Origin: Schizochytrium sp. TIO01
Taxonomy: Eukaryota > Protista > Bigyra: Labyrinthulomycetes
Direction of reading: 5' to 3'
DNA: 64,000 bases
NCBI GenBank assembly: GCA_004764695.1
Contig: SMSO01000025.1
Location: 2,790,001-2,854,000 of the forward strand
Under the pieces are notes generated by a model, which saw nothing but the letters and a program-made list of their open reading frames with translations, was not told the origin of the DNA and did no database searches. The position numbers were made by a program, and so were the translations under genes. Below are positions 1 through 12,358 of the stretch, piece after piece; position 1 is the stretch's first letter, and every line of letters starts with the position of its first letter.

Positions 1-677
1 TCTGGGCGTTCCTCTTCGCGCTGATCTAAGTGCAAATAAGCAGCACGCGCCAGTGCATGAGGAAGCTTCTTGTCAGCGAGATTTTCAGGAGTCATGTTGA
101 TGTCGAGAGGATCTTTGCACCAAGATTTAACAACCTCATTGTCCGGAAAACGGTCCAGCAGGAATCTGTGCAGGCGAGCGACACGAGCTGAAAGGCATCC
201 GAAAGAGGATGCGATTGTGTTGAGTTCAACCTGAAGGAGCTCCTCACCTTTATTGAACATGTAGTCTGAGCGGTTAATGCCCAAGTATGTGCGCTGCACA
301 ACGCCCTGTTCTTCAACGGCGCGACAAATCTTCACGAGACGAGCAGTGAATTCGTCATGCTCCAAGACTCCTTCAAGAACCTTGTAGACCCAGTCAAGGT
401 CGCGGGAGACCTTATCGACAAGCTCGTTGTACGCAGGCGCCAGAGAAACTCCGAGCTCAAACGCCTCGCGAGAAAGCGGCGTCGGCAACAGCGAGAACGG
501 AGCCGCTTTGCACAGGGTCGGGTGCTTGGCGTCCATCATCTGGAGGCCATGAGCAGTGGCCCAGGCCACTGCCTCGTCCGCAAGCTGCTGCATGGCTTTC
601 TCGGCCTCTTCTCCCTTGAACTCGAGCTTAAGGATCCTCGCGATTGAAGTTGCTCGCTCAAAGTTTGTGATTTGCAT
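1..677 (-). CDS. GSS: Glutathione synthetase (eukaryotic type), 5' part; 3' end lies beyond the window edge
   Basis: Manual translation from ATG at 677 stays open to base 1: MQITNFE...AVAWATAHGL...APFSLLPTP...YNELVDKVSRD...LGINRSDYM...LLQVELNTIASSFGCLS..V..LHRFL. RSDYM and QVELNTIASSF are eukaryotic GSS signatures. Absent from the ORF track because no stop falls inside the window. Confidence 0.92.
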   Translation of the reverse strand, partial: MQITNFERATSIARILKLEFKGEEAEKAMQQLADEAVAWATAHGLQMMDAKHPTLCKAAPFSLLPTPLSREAFELGVSLAPAYNELVDKVSRDLDWVYKVLEGVLEHDEFTARLVKICRAVEEQGVVQRTYLGINRSDYMFNKGEELLQVELNTIASSFGCLSARVARLHRFLLDRFPDNEVVKSWCKDPLDINMTPENLADKKLPHALARAAYLHLDQREEERP

Positions 678-1616
678 AGCTTCCCTCTTGACTCTAAACT
701 AAATAGGCGACTCATTTATTTACTCTATCTACTAAATTATAAAATAATAAATTCATAAGACCCTCTCAGCCCTTCAGACAGACAAAGGAAACAGAGAAAA
801 GATCACATTTCGGAAATAATGATAGTGCTTTAATTACCTTTGATATCCATTCTCTCAAAGCCATTATGAAGTTTTTTCTCAATTCTGAAGTTACCAGTTA
901 CAAAAGCTACGCCTTATTAGAAGACTAAACCCGTCTTTTCCTCGAGTCTTTTCCTTCTTCACGTGAACATAAACTAACAAACAACCATAGGGAAGACTAA
1001 CTAACTAGCTAGGCAGCGGTTTATTTACTTTTAATTTTTATTATTATTTATTTTAATCAACTAATTATTTACTTATTTATTTGCTTTCTCACCTGCTCGT
1101 CGAGCTTCTTATTTGGCTCTAGAAAGGAAGAGCAACCAACCACCTATTGCTCCACTAGTTTGACTCCATTTCATCGCCTTCGTAGACCACATTGCAAGAT
1201 GTGTCACCATGGCCTCGCTTTCGCTGCTTGCGTTTGTTCCAGAGGTGCTTGTGCAATGAAGGCAACCGCTTAAACGTAAGTGGACTTTGCCCACAAGTGG
1301 ATATAAACTAATTAATGAGTTCAATTTAATGCGGTGTAATGCAATCTATTAAATTCATAGAGATCCAGTGTAATAGCCGCTATTCATGAACTTGTGACGA
1401 ACGTATTTGAGACAGAGACCTGCGGTTTGTGCTATCTCTCGCTCGCTGGCTTGGACTTTGTCCTGCCTCAGTTGGTGATAGGTGATGATGTTTTGGAAAC
1501 ATAATGAATGACACTGGCCATCGCATGGCTTTGCTTAGACCTTCGAGAGGCATCATGAAACATGAAAGATAAGAGCTTTTACTTTTAAGATACGGAGAAG
1601 TCGAAGCATAACAATG

Positions 1617-1629
1617 ACGACGACGACAA

Positions 1630-1661
<32 letters not shown>

Positions 1662-1674
1662 TCATCAAAACATC

Positions 1675-1705
<31 letters not shown>

Positions 1706-1710
1706 TCAAC
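1617..1710. repeat. (GAC)n-(AAC)n trinucleotide microsatellite
   Basis: Visible run gacgacgac followed by imperfect aacaacaac. Confidence 0.9.
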
Positions 1711-3629
1711 ATTAACAAAAACTTTCAACAAGTGGTCTTGTGCTAAGCGGACAAATACGAGCCTAGACCCGAGTCTAGGCCCGAGTCCCCGAGGGAACTC
1801 TTCGGAATACCGGGCTCTTTGTAAATGAAGGTGATCTTTAATTCACGCCCAGGCAACTTGTAGAGCACACGTCAGAAACGATGGGATGAACGGAGCAACG
1901 AATTCCATCCCATCAACGCAGCGTGCTTTGACTTTGTGATATGCTTCTTGCTTCACCTAGCATCCATTATCAATCTATCCATTCTTACCGCCCTTGGCTA
2001 CGAATGGATAGAACTAATCACAACACTACCAGATTGAGGCAGCACATTCAGGTAATAGGTATGGCATTCCCAGCACGTGAACCGGCAATGGAGGATCGCT
2101 TGAGCGCTTGCTATGAGATGAGCAACCATCGTTTCGCTCAAATAGATTTTCAGGAAAGGCTAAGACAACTGGAAAAAGGAATGTAGAGCATAGGCCATAG
2201 TGAACTAGACCAGCGACCAAGGTAGCTTCGCTAACTTGAGCATACCTGTGCACTGTTATGACATGGCAAGGGAGCTGAGCTAGCCAGCTTTTCTTCGGAC
2301 CTTGCGAACTTGGGAAACTTCTAGAAGAGACTCACGAGGAGAATCCAGGAAACCTAGGAATGGACCTTGGATAAAGTAATGTATGATTAAAATTGTGCCA
2401 TGGGCCTCTCCATTGTGGGGCTTTTGCACTTCGCTTTTGACCTAGAACCAAAGTCTTCTACCCAAGTGGGACCTTTCGATTCGGAATTATGCGAGACTCT
2501 TCATGGGAGCAGAACAACAAGACGCACACGCCCTGCTAGCAGACGCAAAGATGCCGATATTATTCAGTAGGAACCTCATCCTCCACATTTATCTCAACTC
2601 TGAAGTTACTATAAAACCGCAGCATGAACAAACCAGACTTTTTACTACAATCGGCATTCGCTCTAGCCTTTATCAAGCTCAATCGTCACAATTTATCTCT
2701 CGCAAAGCGCACAAGCTCAGATCCATTTTACTATTTTAAACAAACGAAACACCACTTTAGCCTCCTTCTTATATCTTCAGACAGTGCGGTTGTCACTCTG
2801 TACAAATGGTGCCTTGGCTTCGATCATTGACGAATGGGCTTTGTTTGTTTAATATCATCAGCTATCGTCGTATGCAATGCAGAGTCCATGAGGGCCACTT
2901 GGTTAACAAAAACAAGCAAACAAGTCAACAAGTCAGCGCTGCATGGCATTCTCTTTAGTTCCAATCCCGGTACACAACCCGTGTGAGAAACCTAAACCTT
3001 GTTAAGATTCCTCAAACCAGGCAGAAAGTCAAACGCCTCTTGTACAGAACAAATTGTAGTGGAGCTGTTTGATGGACTACAAGTGACATCTATCAAGGAG
3101 AATACAGCACCGTCCATTGCAAGAACCAATCAATATAGTGGCATCGAATTCTCGCCTCCCTAAGCTCGAACGCATTGGTATGAAGAAATTGAAACCGATG
3201 GTGCACGAACTTGAACGTCAATAGCATATCGCCAGTCGACTTCTGCGTTTGAAATAACGAAAGCAAGAATCGAATCCTCTTCATAAGTCGTCAAACATCT
3301 GAGATTCTGTCTGTCGTAGCGAAAGGCACAATCATTCGTAAATGATAATCTTGGTTGTGCCTTATTACATTTTCCATCGAGGAGGTTTGCTCTATTGAAG
3401 TGCAGATATATGTTTCATAGTATTTTATATTCTCTACTGTAAATAGGCTCTATATTATACTTGCAGAGTGTCCGATAATGCAGAATATGAAGAAGCGGCT
3501 TGAAAGGTCAAGGAAGGAGTCACTCGATTCGACTTGGTCTTTTCACCAAATCTCAATTCAGACCTCCTCTTCCATCGGGATGTCCGCGTAAGGACGCGAG
3601 GCACCTGCGCCCTCGACCTACTCCTCCAG

Positions 3630-6416
3630 ATGGGTTGTGCCTCCTCTGCCCCGCGGGAGAATTCCTCTCCTGCGCCGCAGCCGCGCTCAAACGCGCTCAG
3701 TGGCCCTCAACAGCACCCTCATGGGATTATTCAAGGCGCACCCAGCTCCAACTCTAACTCCACATCCCCGTTTGTGAATCCTACGATCCTTGGGAACTCT
3801 GGAGGCGCCACCCACTCTGCCAACAGCACGAGCATTTCCGGGAACAGGGCCGGCGTAGAGGCTATTTCAGGCTCAAAAAGGCACGTTTTGGCAGCGCTCG
3901 GCGTGGACCTTGGACTCGAAGGCGCTCCTGAAAGTGGTGAGCTCGTGATCAATCAATATACTTTAACAAAGATCTTGGGTCAAGGTTCCCAAGCTCAAGT
4001 TCGACTTGCTGTAGACGCGGAGAACAATCAATGGGCGGTGAAGATCATTCGCAAGAGGCTCACCTTACGGAGGGGAAGGGCTCGCAGCAGCGGCCCGGTG
4101 GCCAATGCAGCAGCTCCAATTGCTAGGGAGATTGCAATTATGAAGAAGCTGCAACATCCGAACATTGTGCAGCTGCACGAGATTTTGGACCTTCCGCAGC
4201 ATAACAGAATATTTCTGGTAATGCAATATGTGAACGGAGGGCCGCTCATGGGAGACCAGCTGGAAGGGAATAAGCCGCTCGAAGAGGCGCGTGCGAGAGA
4301 CCTATTTGGACAGCTCATCAAGGGCCTTGAATATCTGCACTTTCATGGAATTGTGCACAGGGATATTAAGCCTTCCAATCTGCTGGTTACACAAACAGGC
4401 CTACTAAAGATCAATGATTTTGGTGTGTCAGCCATCTGCGAACCTGTTGAGCTTGAGGATGAGATGAGCGATAGCTCTAATGATTCGGATGATGATAACT
4501 CAGATGGAGGCTCCATGAGTGACGGATATGTTGTCCAAGTGCTACCTAACGAAGATGTTTCGCTGGCGCTTGGTTTGGAAAATTACAATGCTGGGATATC
4601 ACTTCTCAATCGGGCTCCTGACACAGACCTTGATCGTAGTTCAAGTTATAATCCACCTTCGGGAAACAGTAAAACCATTTCTGGTTTTGCTCCAGCTAAC
4701 ACTGCACAGGTGCATGGCGAAAACGTATCCACTTCTTTCCCTGAACCTCCTCCTCCTCCCAAGTTGAATCATACGGTCGGCAACCATCGAGCCTCAATTG
4801 ATAGAAACATTGGCAATGACGAAGTAGACCAAGCGGCTCTAGACTTCGAGGGAGAAGACCTGCACCTTGATGTGGAACTTCCTAAGCTCACCTTGGCGAC
4901 GCAAAATCTTGAATCCCCGTCATTGCCGTTTCATTTGCACGATGAAATACTCGATGATGAAGAGGAGAACGGGGCGGAGAGATTTGAAAGCGATGACGAA
5001 GGCGATGAACTTTCCCGTCATAATCGGCGCAGTGGAATGAATGGTGACGCAAAGGTGCGTGCAGGCGAGTCTAGTAGGGTGCTTGCCCTCCTTTCTCAAA
5101 CAAAGACACCGCGCATGGGTGCAGTACCCTTTATTACGCCTCGTGCAGCAGCCGCAGCGGAAAAACTCAATCCAGACTCTGAAGAAGCTCGTCGCTTAAA
5201 AGGAATTTTATACCCACCCACCCCAAATGGCATGAACAAAGTCCAACATGATGACAACATGAATTCCCCTCCAATCGGTACCTATGCGTTCTTCCCCCCG
5301 GAAGCTTGCAATTTTGACAATTTTAATGATGTACAGTACAAAGGCAAGCTTGCAGATCTCTGGGCCGCAGGTATCACCCTTTATATGCTACTATTTGGTC
5401 GTGTTCCCTTCCTCGCTGATACCCGTGAAGAAATCTTCTACATGATCCGGACCATGCCACTCACATACCCAGAGGAACACGTGGACAGGGTTAGTTCTGA
5501 GGCTCTGCAGCTGTTAGAGCGTATGCTGGCCAAACGATCCTATGAGCGCCTCGATATTCCTGGTATTAAAACGAGCGAATGGATTCGCCAAGGTGCAAAA
5601 CTTGCTCAACTTTCTCAGGCTTACCGTGACTTCATTGTACCAACCCAGGATGAGGTCGACGCTGCAGTCACTGAAGTTGACCTTTCGGTTGGTATTACCC
5701 CTCTTGTTCGGAGCAAGTCATGGACAACACCATCGCCTTTTGGAAAGGCTGCCGGAAATGCCTCCAACGTGGTGCACACCCGTCTAGCAAGTGGTGGGAC
5801 TGTAGCAAGCGGGGATGTTCGCAGCCTTGCTGCTTCTCTCAGCACAGATGATCCTGCGAAAATATTTGGCGACACAGGTGAGTTTACCGCTCAGCCACCT
5901 CCACCGTTGGAGTCTCAACGCCTCTGGCGCAATGAAACAGGTGGCAGCACAAGTGTAGCAAGCGATGGCGGGGATATGGTTGTACCCTTGCCCAATTTTA
6001 ATCTGCGTCTGGACACAACGTCCGCAGCTGTGAGTATGTCCAGAGAGAGGCCTGACATGCGTCCATTGTCATTGCCAACAAGACAGCTTCGCCCTGAGCC
6101 TCTTCAACAAATGATGGAGCGACGTGTTGATGCTGTGACTGCTGCCAAGCAGCAGGCTGCAGCGGCAGCGGGAACTCCAAATAACTGCTCACCTCTTACT
6201 GCGAAGAAAGATACCCCGCTTGGTTCGAAATCTGCGGTTGCTGGTGGAGGCATATCCTCTCCTCTGACTGCGCCAGCAGCTGTTCAGATCCCGCAAATTG
6301 GAAACGCTTCTGAGTCTTTGGCATTGCCTAGTAGTAAGCCTGCATCAACTCAGCAAACCAACGATTCCAATGATAGCCAATCTGGCGCAAAATCTCGCAG
6401 CATTGACCAAGAGTAA
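3630..6416 (+). CDS. CaMKK/GRIK-like Ser/Thr protein kinase with a very long activation-segment insertion
   Basis: LGQGSQAQV Gly loop, WAVK, REIAIMKKLQHPNIVQL, HRDIKPSN, NDFG, GTYAFFPPE, DLWAAGITLY. First ATG at 3630 gives MGCASS (N-myristoylation/palmitoylation-type start); the track start at 3534 is TTG. Confidence 0.88.
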   Translation: MGCASSAPRENSSPAPQPRSNALSGPQQHPHGIIQGAPSSNSNSTSPFVNPTILGNSGGATHSANSTSISGNRAGVEAISGSKRHVLAALGVDLGLEGAPESGELVINQYTLTKILGQGSQAQVRLAVDAENNQWAVKIIRKRLTLRRGRARSSGPVANAAAPIAREIAIMKKLQHPNIVQLHEILDLPQHNRIFLVMQYVNGGPLMGDQLEGNKPLEEARARDLFGQLIKGLEYLHFHGIVHRDIKPSNLLVTQTGLLKINDFGVSAICEPVELEDEMSDSSNDSDDDNSDGGSMSDGYVVQVLPNEDVSLALGLENYNAGISLLNRAPDTDLDRSSSYNPPSGNSKTISGFAPANTAQVHGENVSTSFPEPPPPPKLNHTVGNHRASIDRNIGNDEVDQAALDFEGEDLHLDVELPKLTLATQNLESPSLPFHLHDEILDDEEENGAERFESDDEGDELSRHNRRSGMNGDAKVRAGESSRVLALLSQTKTPRMGAVPFITPRAAAAAEKLNPDSEEARRLKGILYPPTPNGMNKVQHDDNMNSPPIGTYAFFPPEACNFDNFNDVQYKGKLADLWAAGITLYMLLFGRVPFLADTREEIFYMIRTMPLTYPEEHVDRVSSEALQLLERMLAKRSYERLDIPGIKTSEWIRQGAKLAQLSQAYRDFIVPTQDEVDAAVTEVDLSVGITPLVRSKSWTTPSPFGKAAGNASNVVHTRLASGGTVASGDVRSLAASLSTDDPAKIFGDTGEFTAQPPPPLESQRLWRNETGGSTSVASDGGDMVVPLPNFNLRLDTTSAAVSMSRERPDMRPLSLPTRQLRPEPLQQMMERRVDAVTAAKQQAAAAAGTPNNCSPLTAKKDTPLGSKSAVAGGGISSPLTAPAAVQIPQIGNASESLALPSSKPASTQQTNDSNDSQSGAKSRSIDQE

Positions 6417-7329
6417 AATCATTTGAAGCAAACGCCTCAACATCCTGTTTAAATTTGTTTTTATGCATGCATTTTTGCATATGAATATGAATGTGTGTGT
6501 TCTTTTTGCAAGAACAAGAGAATAGATAATCTCAATAATGAAAGCATGAATGAGCTATGCCCTTTGAGATTACAGTTGAAATTAATTAATGCGTAAAAAT
6601 CCCTCCCAAACCGGCTCAATTAACTTGTCCGAACGGAGCTCAAGATTCTCGTTTAGACTTAAAGACGAGATAATAATTTGCCACTTACTCGGTTGCTTAG
6701 AGGGAGTGGCAGATTTAGCTTTTGTTTTTTTTATTCTCGTTTAATGTGACGTGAGATGAGAATATGGAGAGCAAGATATATGAGAGGAACATATGAAATA
6801 TAACTTTTCGGAAATCGGTCTAGAGTTCATCCCCCTCTACATAGGCAACTAATACCATGAATTTTATTAGCTTTTAAAGGTTGCCCTATGGCATCATCCT
6901 TGATTTGTCATGAACTAAAGTTATGCAACTAATAAATCAAAACGCATTGGACCACTTCCTGAGTAAGCAAGCGACACGTGCTCGCGCTCTTGTAAAAACA
7001 AAAACCACTTGCACTGTGGCAAATCCTGGCGTCCTGGCAAAAAAAGCAGGCATGCATGCATAATCTTTTCTCTACTGTTGTACATTGTCAATGCAAAGGT
7101 CCAGTGAGACACGTAACAAAAACGAAGTCGGAGACATGGTCACCCAAGGCGTGAGTCTCATCAGTCCAATGAGCGAATCAATTTTGACTTCATGAAACAA
7201 TGAATCAATCACATTAGGTCAGCATATCAAATTTCTAGTTTGGTTTTGTATGTAGGTAGGTACGTTATTGTAGGGCATGATGGTCGGCCAGTCTCCATCG
7301 GCGATCTATCTTTACTTGGTCTGTGATCT

Positions 7330-8070
7330 TTACTTGGTGGGGTCGCTCTCGCTAGCACCCTCGATGACCTCCATGGTGTAGTTGCTGTTGGTGAAGACGC
7401 ACAGCTCCGAGGCAACGTTCATAGAACGCTTCGCAATTTCCTCCGCAGTGAGTTCCGGCGCGTCAAGGCCAGAAAGAGCGCGTGCAGCAGAGAGCGCAAA
7501 GAGACCGCCAGATCCAACAGCAATGACGCCGTCCGGAGAGTGCAGAACATCACCATTACCAGTGAGCGTGAGAGAGACGTCCTTGTCCACCACAATCATG
7601 ATTGCCTCCAAGCGGCGCAAGTACTTGTCCGTGCGCCAGAGCTTGGCAAGCTCTACACAAGAACGGGTCAGCTGGCCAGGGTACTGCTCGAGCTTCTTCT
7701 CGAGGCGATCAAGCAGTGTAAGAGCATCGGCTGTGGCACCAGCGAAGCCAGCGAGCACGACATTATCGTTGTCGGAGGATCCCTTGGAGGACCCCAAACG
7801 ACGAACCTTGATTGCGTTACCCTTGACAACGGAGTTGCCCTGAGAGATCTGGCCGTCTCCGATCACTACCACCTTGCCACCACGGCGAACGGAGAGAATC
7901 GTAGTGCCATGCATGTCGTTCGAAAAGGCGCTAGAGCTCATGCCGCGAGCGACAATGGCGCTGGGCAGAGAACGAGATACACAGGCGGCAGAGGAGGAAG
8001 TGACGGGGGCGACGCTACGGAGGGCAATCATCGAAGACGCCGAGAAGCGAGAAGCGGCAGCGGAGAACAT
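7330..8070 (-). CDS. HslV: ATP-dependent protease subunit HslV (ClpQ), mitochondrial precursor
   Basis: [11 protein letters not shown] (N-terminal catalytic Thr after processing), [39 protein letters not shown]; Ser/Ala/Arg-rich presequence. Confidence 0.96.
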   Translation of the reverse strand: MFSAAASRFSASSMIALRSVAPVTSSSAACVSRSLPSAIVARGMSSSAFSNDMHGTTILSVRRGGKVVVIGDGQISQGNSVVKGNAIKVRRLGSSKGSSDNDNVVLAGFAGATADALTLLDRLEKKLEQYPGQLTRSCVELAKLWRTDKYLRRLEAIMIVVDKDVSLTLTGNGDVLHSPDGVIAVGSGGLFALSAARALSGLDAPELTAEEIAKRSMNVASELCVFTNSNYTMEVIEGASESDPTK

Positions 8071-11010
8071 GGCGGCACGAAGCGATGCAGCGATGAGACA
8101 GAACGACTAGGAATGCAGGGAAACCGAGTGAAGTTGCAGCCGCAGGGAAAGGCGGAAAGGAAGCAGAAGACGTAGGAGGCAAAGATCAGGTAAGCCACGT
8201 AGGTCCACGATAAGGCACCGCAGGAAGAGGAACTGCGATGAAGGTGCTTCTTGTCTTCTTGCTTGATTTCTTCGACTTTCTGACTTCCTTTTACATCAAT
8301 TTTCATCTCTCTCATCAATCTTTATTCACATAATACGTACTATAAAAGAACAACTTTTCATAATTATCACTCTAATTGATAAGGATTCTGCTACTACTAC
8401 TACTAGCAACAATACTACTATTACTACTACTGCTCAATCGCTATCTTTTTTTAATTAAAAATAAATAAATAAATATATATACATAATACCATATACGTAT
8501 TTCTCTTTCTTCGTATTAATTTCCTTCTTCTTCTTTCTTGAATTTTAGAGTCAAAATGAATAAATGTAATGTGCGGAAGTCTTCACGCAAATCGATGTTC
8601 ACAAGCATTCATTGCATTGGGCTTCGAGGGGCTCTGGAAACCGCCGTTGGGACAGCCCAGAACTGCGTAAGGGCCTGGAGGCCTGCGCCGCTTTGGTTGG
8701 CGTTGGCGGGGGCCTGCCTGCCTGCCTCTTCAGGAGTTCGCATTCTTTTCTTTCGGTTCTTTGAAGCAGAATGAGAGAAAGCAAAGAACAAATACTGCCT
8801 TACAATACGCTGCTGCCGTTCCTTTCACAGAGCAGGCAAACGCGGCAAGCAGCGCATGCGCGGAGTTCCCTCGCGCGGCACGGACATCAGGCGAGGCGCC
8901 CAAGGCCCAACGTGAGGCGCCAAGGAAGGAAATGAGATTGATTGCATTGGCGATTGTAACCCATTTTTGACTGTCATCATTTGCGAACGAATGAAAGGGT
9001 ATTTTATTTTATTTTATCTTCAATCGCGATCATTTCTTACGATTTCTTTCTTATTTCTTTCTTCTATTCTATTCAAAATAAGGCTTATCATCATAATACT
9101 GTGATATTAAAAAGTTGTTTTATAAATTAAAGAAACTATTTCACAAATAAACACTAAAAAACAACCAAAATCATTGTGACGACTCTCAATCGATCAGACC
9201 GAAGAAAACTGTCAACGTTAATGAATACCAAGTGCTCGGAGAGAGCAAAGACGATACCTTGAGCAGTCAAGATACGCGCAGTAAAGCGTAGGTACAGAGA
9301 GCGAAGGTTATATTGCAGTGAGAATGGGTTCATAACTTCGTCATCACATCAATTAATCGAGAGAACGATAAAGACGAAGAAAGAAACTAGAAAGACGAGG
9401 AATCGAGACTTCCAGTAATGTATTACCAGACACCGCGTAAAATAAATGTTTGTATATTATAAAGAGTTTTGGTCCGGTAATAGAAGCGCCCTGTGTGCGA
9501 GGATAAAGAGCAGAAAGATTTTTTGATGTTGTGAGTCCTTCTCTTTGAGGATCTCTTTTCGCACATAACTAACTTCACCAAAGTAGGTTAAATATAAGTT
9601 TACTCTTGGATCAATGGGCTTTCATTTTGTTCTTGAGAAAGAGAGAGTTCATTAATGTTTAACGCTCAGGAGGGGGAATCCGGAGCACGTAAATGTGGTG
9701 ATAGACGCTGGCGAGGGCCGCACGAAGAGAGCTGAGTATTGTAAATGTGGGATGCAATGCACCGTTTGCTCTTCTGGAGTGTCTTTGAAGCTGGTATGGA
9801 GACCTCGGATCAAAGCAGGAGGAGGCTGTGAAGACTAACTTTCAGTTCTGGGTTCAAGATGTCTCATCCTCTCGGCAGTTGTGCCTGCCAGCCTGAGCAC
9901 CTCAAAGAGGCAGGCAAGTCCTTCATTTAATGTGTGCTAGCTGCGGACTCGCACAGTCTTCTTGGCAGCTTGAAAGTTAGCTCAAGCCCATCAGTGTGAA
10001 ACCCTAATGCGTTTGCAAAAGCCCTTGAATTATCTGTGTGTAAGCTGATAACCTTGATAGATCTTCGACTGGAGCTACGATGTCAGAGTGGCCATGTTTC
10101 ATTTGACGATCTTTTGAGCTTATTCTTCAGCTCCCACTCAATAGCCGGCTAGAGAACCTGAACCATGGAACGAAGCTGATAGTGGGATCTTAAAAAATCC
10201 TGCATCGGGACCAACTTGTCCTCATTCTCGGGCGGTGCGCAATAATTGACTTTTACTATTGATCAAGGGGAATAATAACAATTGCTGTGCGCAGAGAAAA
10301 CGATGCCTTCATCAGGCAACCTGGATAAAATACTGTAGTAGAGCTTACTCGTACATTTAGGCGAGAGCAAGCAAGTGTGTGAATTCCATTTCTCGAACAA
10401 TCTTCTGAGTCTCGTTACTGAATCCAAAAGAACATAAAGAGCACCCGTAAACCTATGAATATAAAAAGCGCATTTACAATAAGTTACCTCATCCTTATTT
10501 GATTTGCTGTACTTTGTCATATATGCAACTTTCATAGCGCATTTGCTCATTCTACAAATACCTACACATTACTAAACCACTTACTATACATTGATTGAGG
10601 TGGCGATTTGTAAAAAAGGGGAGGTAGGTACACATCTCGAGCGGCACAACTTGAAGTTTGTGATATTTTGAAAGTTGCGACTCCACGAGTTATTCGCGCA
10701 TGGATTAGACTAAATGATGACAGAACTTCTCTAAATTCCTCCTTTTCTTCGAAAGTATTATCAGAGTGCTAAGTGGACGGTAGGTGCTACTAGTAGTAGA
10801 TCATGGATATAAGTTGGGATAAACGGCACCTGGACAATCCCCGTTTGATCTTTGGCGCAATTGATCTTGCCGGTGGGGCGGCGCTGATTCGGTGTGGCGA
10901 AGCGAGCTCTGCCTCGCAAAGTCCACGCGAGGCGTTCTGAGAAACTGCCGCTCCTTAGTTAGTGTGGTCTACTATTTATCGTGCGTGCTTAGGTTGGTTA
11001 TTTGACTAAG

Positions 11011-12358
11011 ATGAGGCGATTCCTGACAAGCATGTTGGGCGATAAGTTCGACCCCTCAGGAGCCCTCGAGGACAAAGATGCTGCAGGAGAACTTCTGGGG
11101 GTGCTGGCGCTCTTCATGATCCTCACTGCAGCATACCACCGCCATATTGCTTCCAGAGGCGCACCAAGAGCTTCAGTGGACCCTCATGCTGCAGATGCAA
11201 AAGCAGCGGCTGCAGCTGCTGCAGCCCTTGGCAGAGATGAAAATTTCTTTGTAGAGCCTGAAGACGCAAATGTGGAAAATCTCATGGCACGGAAGAAACA
11301 GGAAGTGCTAGAACGTAACTTCTGGAATACGCTCTCACCCTTAGATCTGCGCCATGGTTCACATGTTGGCGTGATTTCAAGGTTTTCACTCGGGCTTTAC
11401 CGCCTTGGCGCGCTATGCTACTGTATCGGTAAGTAACACACCAAAAATTTAAAGTGAATTCAAGAATAGCATTAAGACAGTGCGTTAGCTTTTTTTGGTG
11501 AAGATTGAAAAAAAAAACTAACGAAAACTTATTTGTATATGGTTGGCGATAACAGCGATGTGGGTTATTTATTTCAAGGATGGAGTGTGCTGCGATGACC
11601 TGCAGTACCTAGAGCCGTACAGCTTTGCATTGTATACCCTTTATTTTCTATTTGCGACATTTGTATCAATCAAATCTCCCCAACCGGATGGCTCCATTGC
11701 CCGATATGAGGTAGTCATGGTCTGCTTGTATGAGGTTGCCTTTCCTATGGCATTGTTTCTCTGTGTCACATACTGGTCAATTCTTGACAGAAGCAAAACA
11801 TACACATTTCCGAGCCATGAAAAATCGATGCGCAGAACCTTTGCCTCACTCAATGCAGGACTGATGCTCTTGGAATGGGCTATGAACCGAATTGTTCTGC
11901 ATAGCTCCCGCTGGATGTGGGTTGCGTACCTGTGTGAATTGTATCTTTTTGTGATGATTTGTATCGAAAAACTAGCTGGAAAGAGTTACCTTGTCTACCG
12001 TGACATCAAATTTTTGCCATTGGAACTTGGCGCTTATCCACTCATGGTGGAGGCACTTATGTCTGCAATCGCTTTTTACTACTTCGTATGCGTATTAGTG
12101 TCATTAAAACAGTACGGGTGGACATCGCCGCTTTCGCATCCTGTTGAAGGGGCTTTCCCGCTTCGTCAGCGATCCTCTAATGGTCATGATGCGGATCTTG
12201 ATGCACATACAGAAGGGTCTGAGGAAAACCACCACCATCATCAAGGTTATTTAGATCAAGGAACAAGTACCGGGGCTCGTGCTGCAGCAACAGCAGAAAC
12301 CCCCCTTCTTGAAGACACGGATGATGCACAGCGTCACCACACAGATTCATTGGATTAG
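11011..12358 (+). CDS. Multi-pass membrane protein, rolling stone / FAR-17a-AIG1-like (exons 11011-11428, 11556-12358)
   Basis: Two track ORFs join in frame across a GT-AG intron (G+CG = Ala, giving CYCI-A-MWVIYF). About 7 hydrophobic segments; YEVAFPMALFLCVTYW and LNAGLMLLEWAMNRI resemble the rolling stone/AIG1 pattern. Confidence 0.65.
11429..11555 (+). other. Spliceosomal intron (127 nt, phase 1)
   Basis: GTAAGT donor at 11429, CTAAC branch point at ~11518, AACAG acceptor ending at 11555; splicing restores the frame. Confidence 0.85.

Noticed and set aside
9660-10250. Coding-like composition in the HslV/membrane-protein spacer
   Set aside because: The frames I translated are interrupted by stops and show no recognisable motif; a pseudogene call is not supportable without a search
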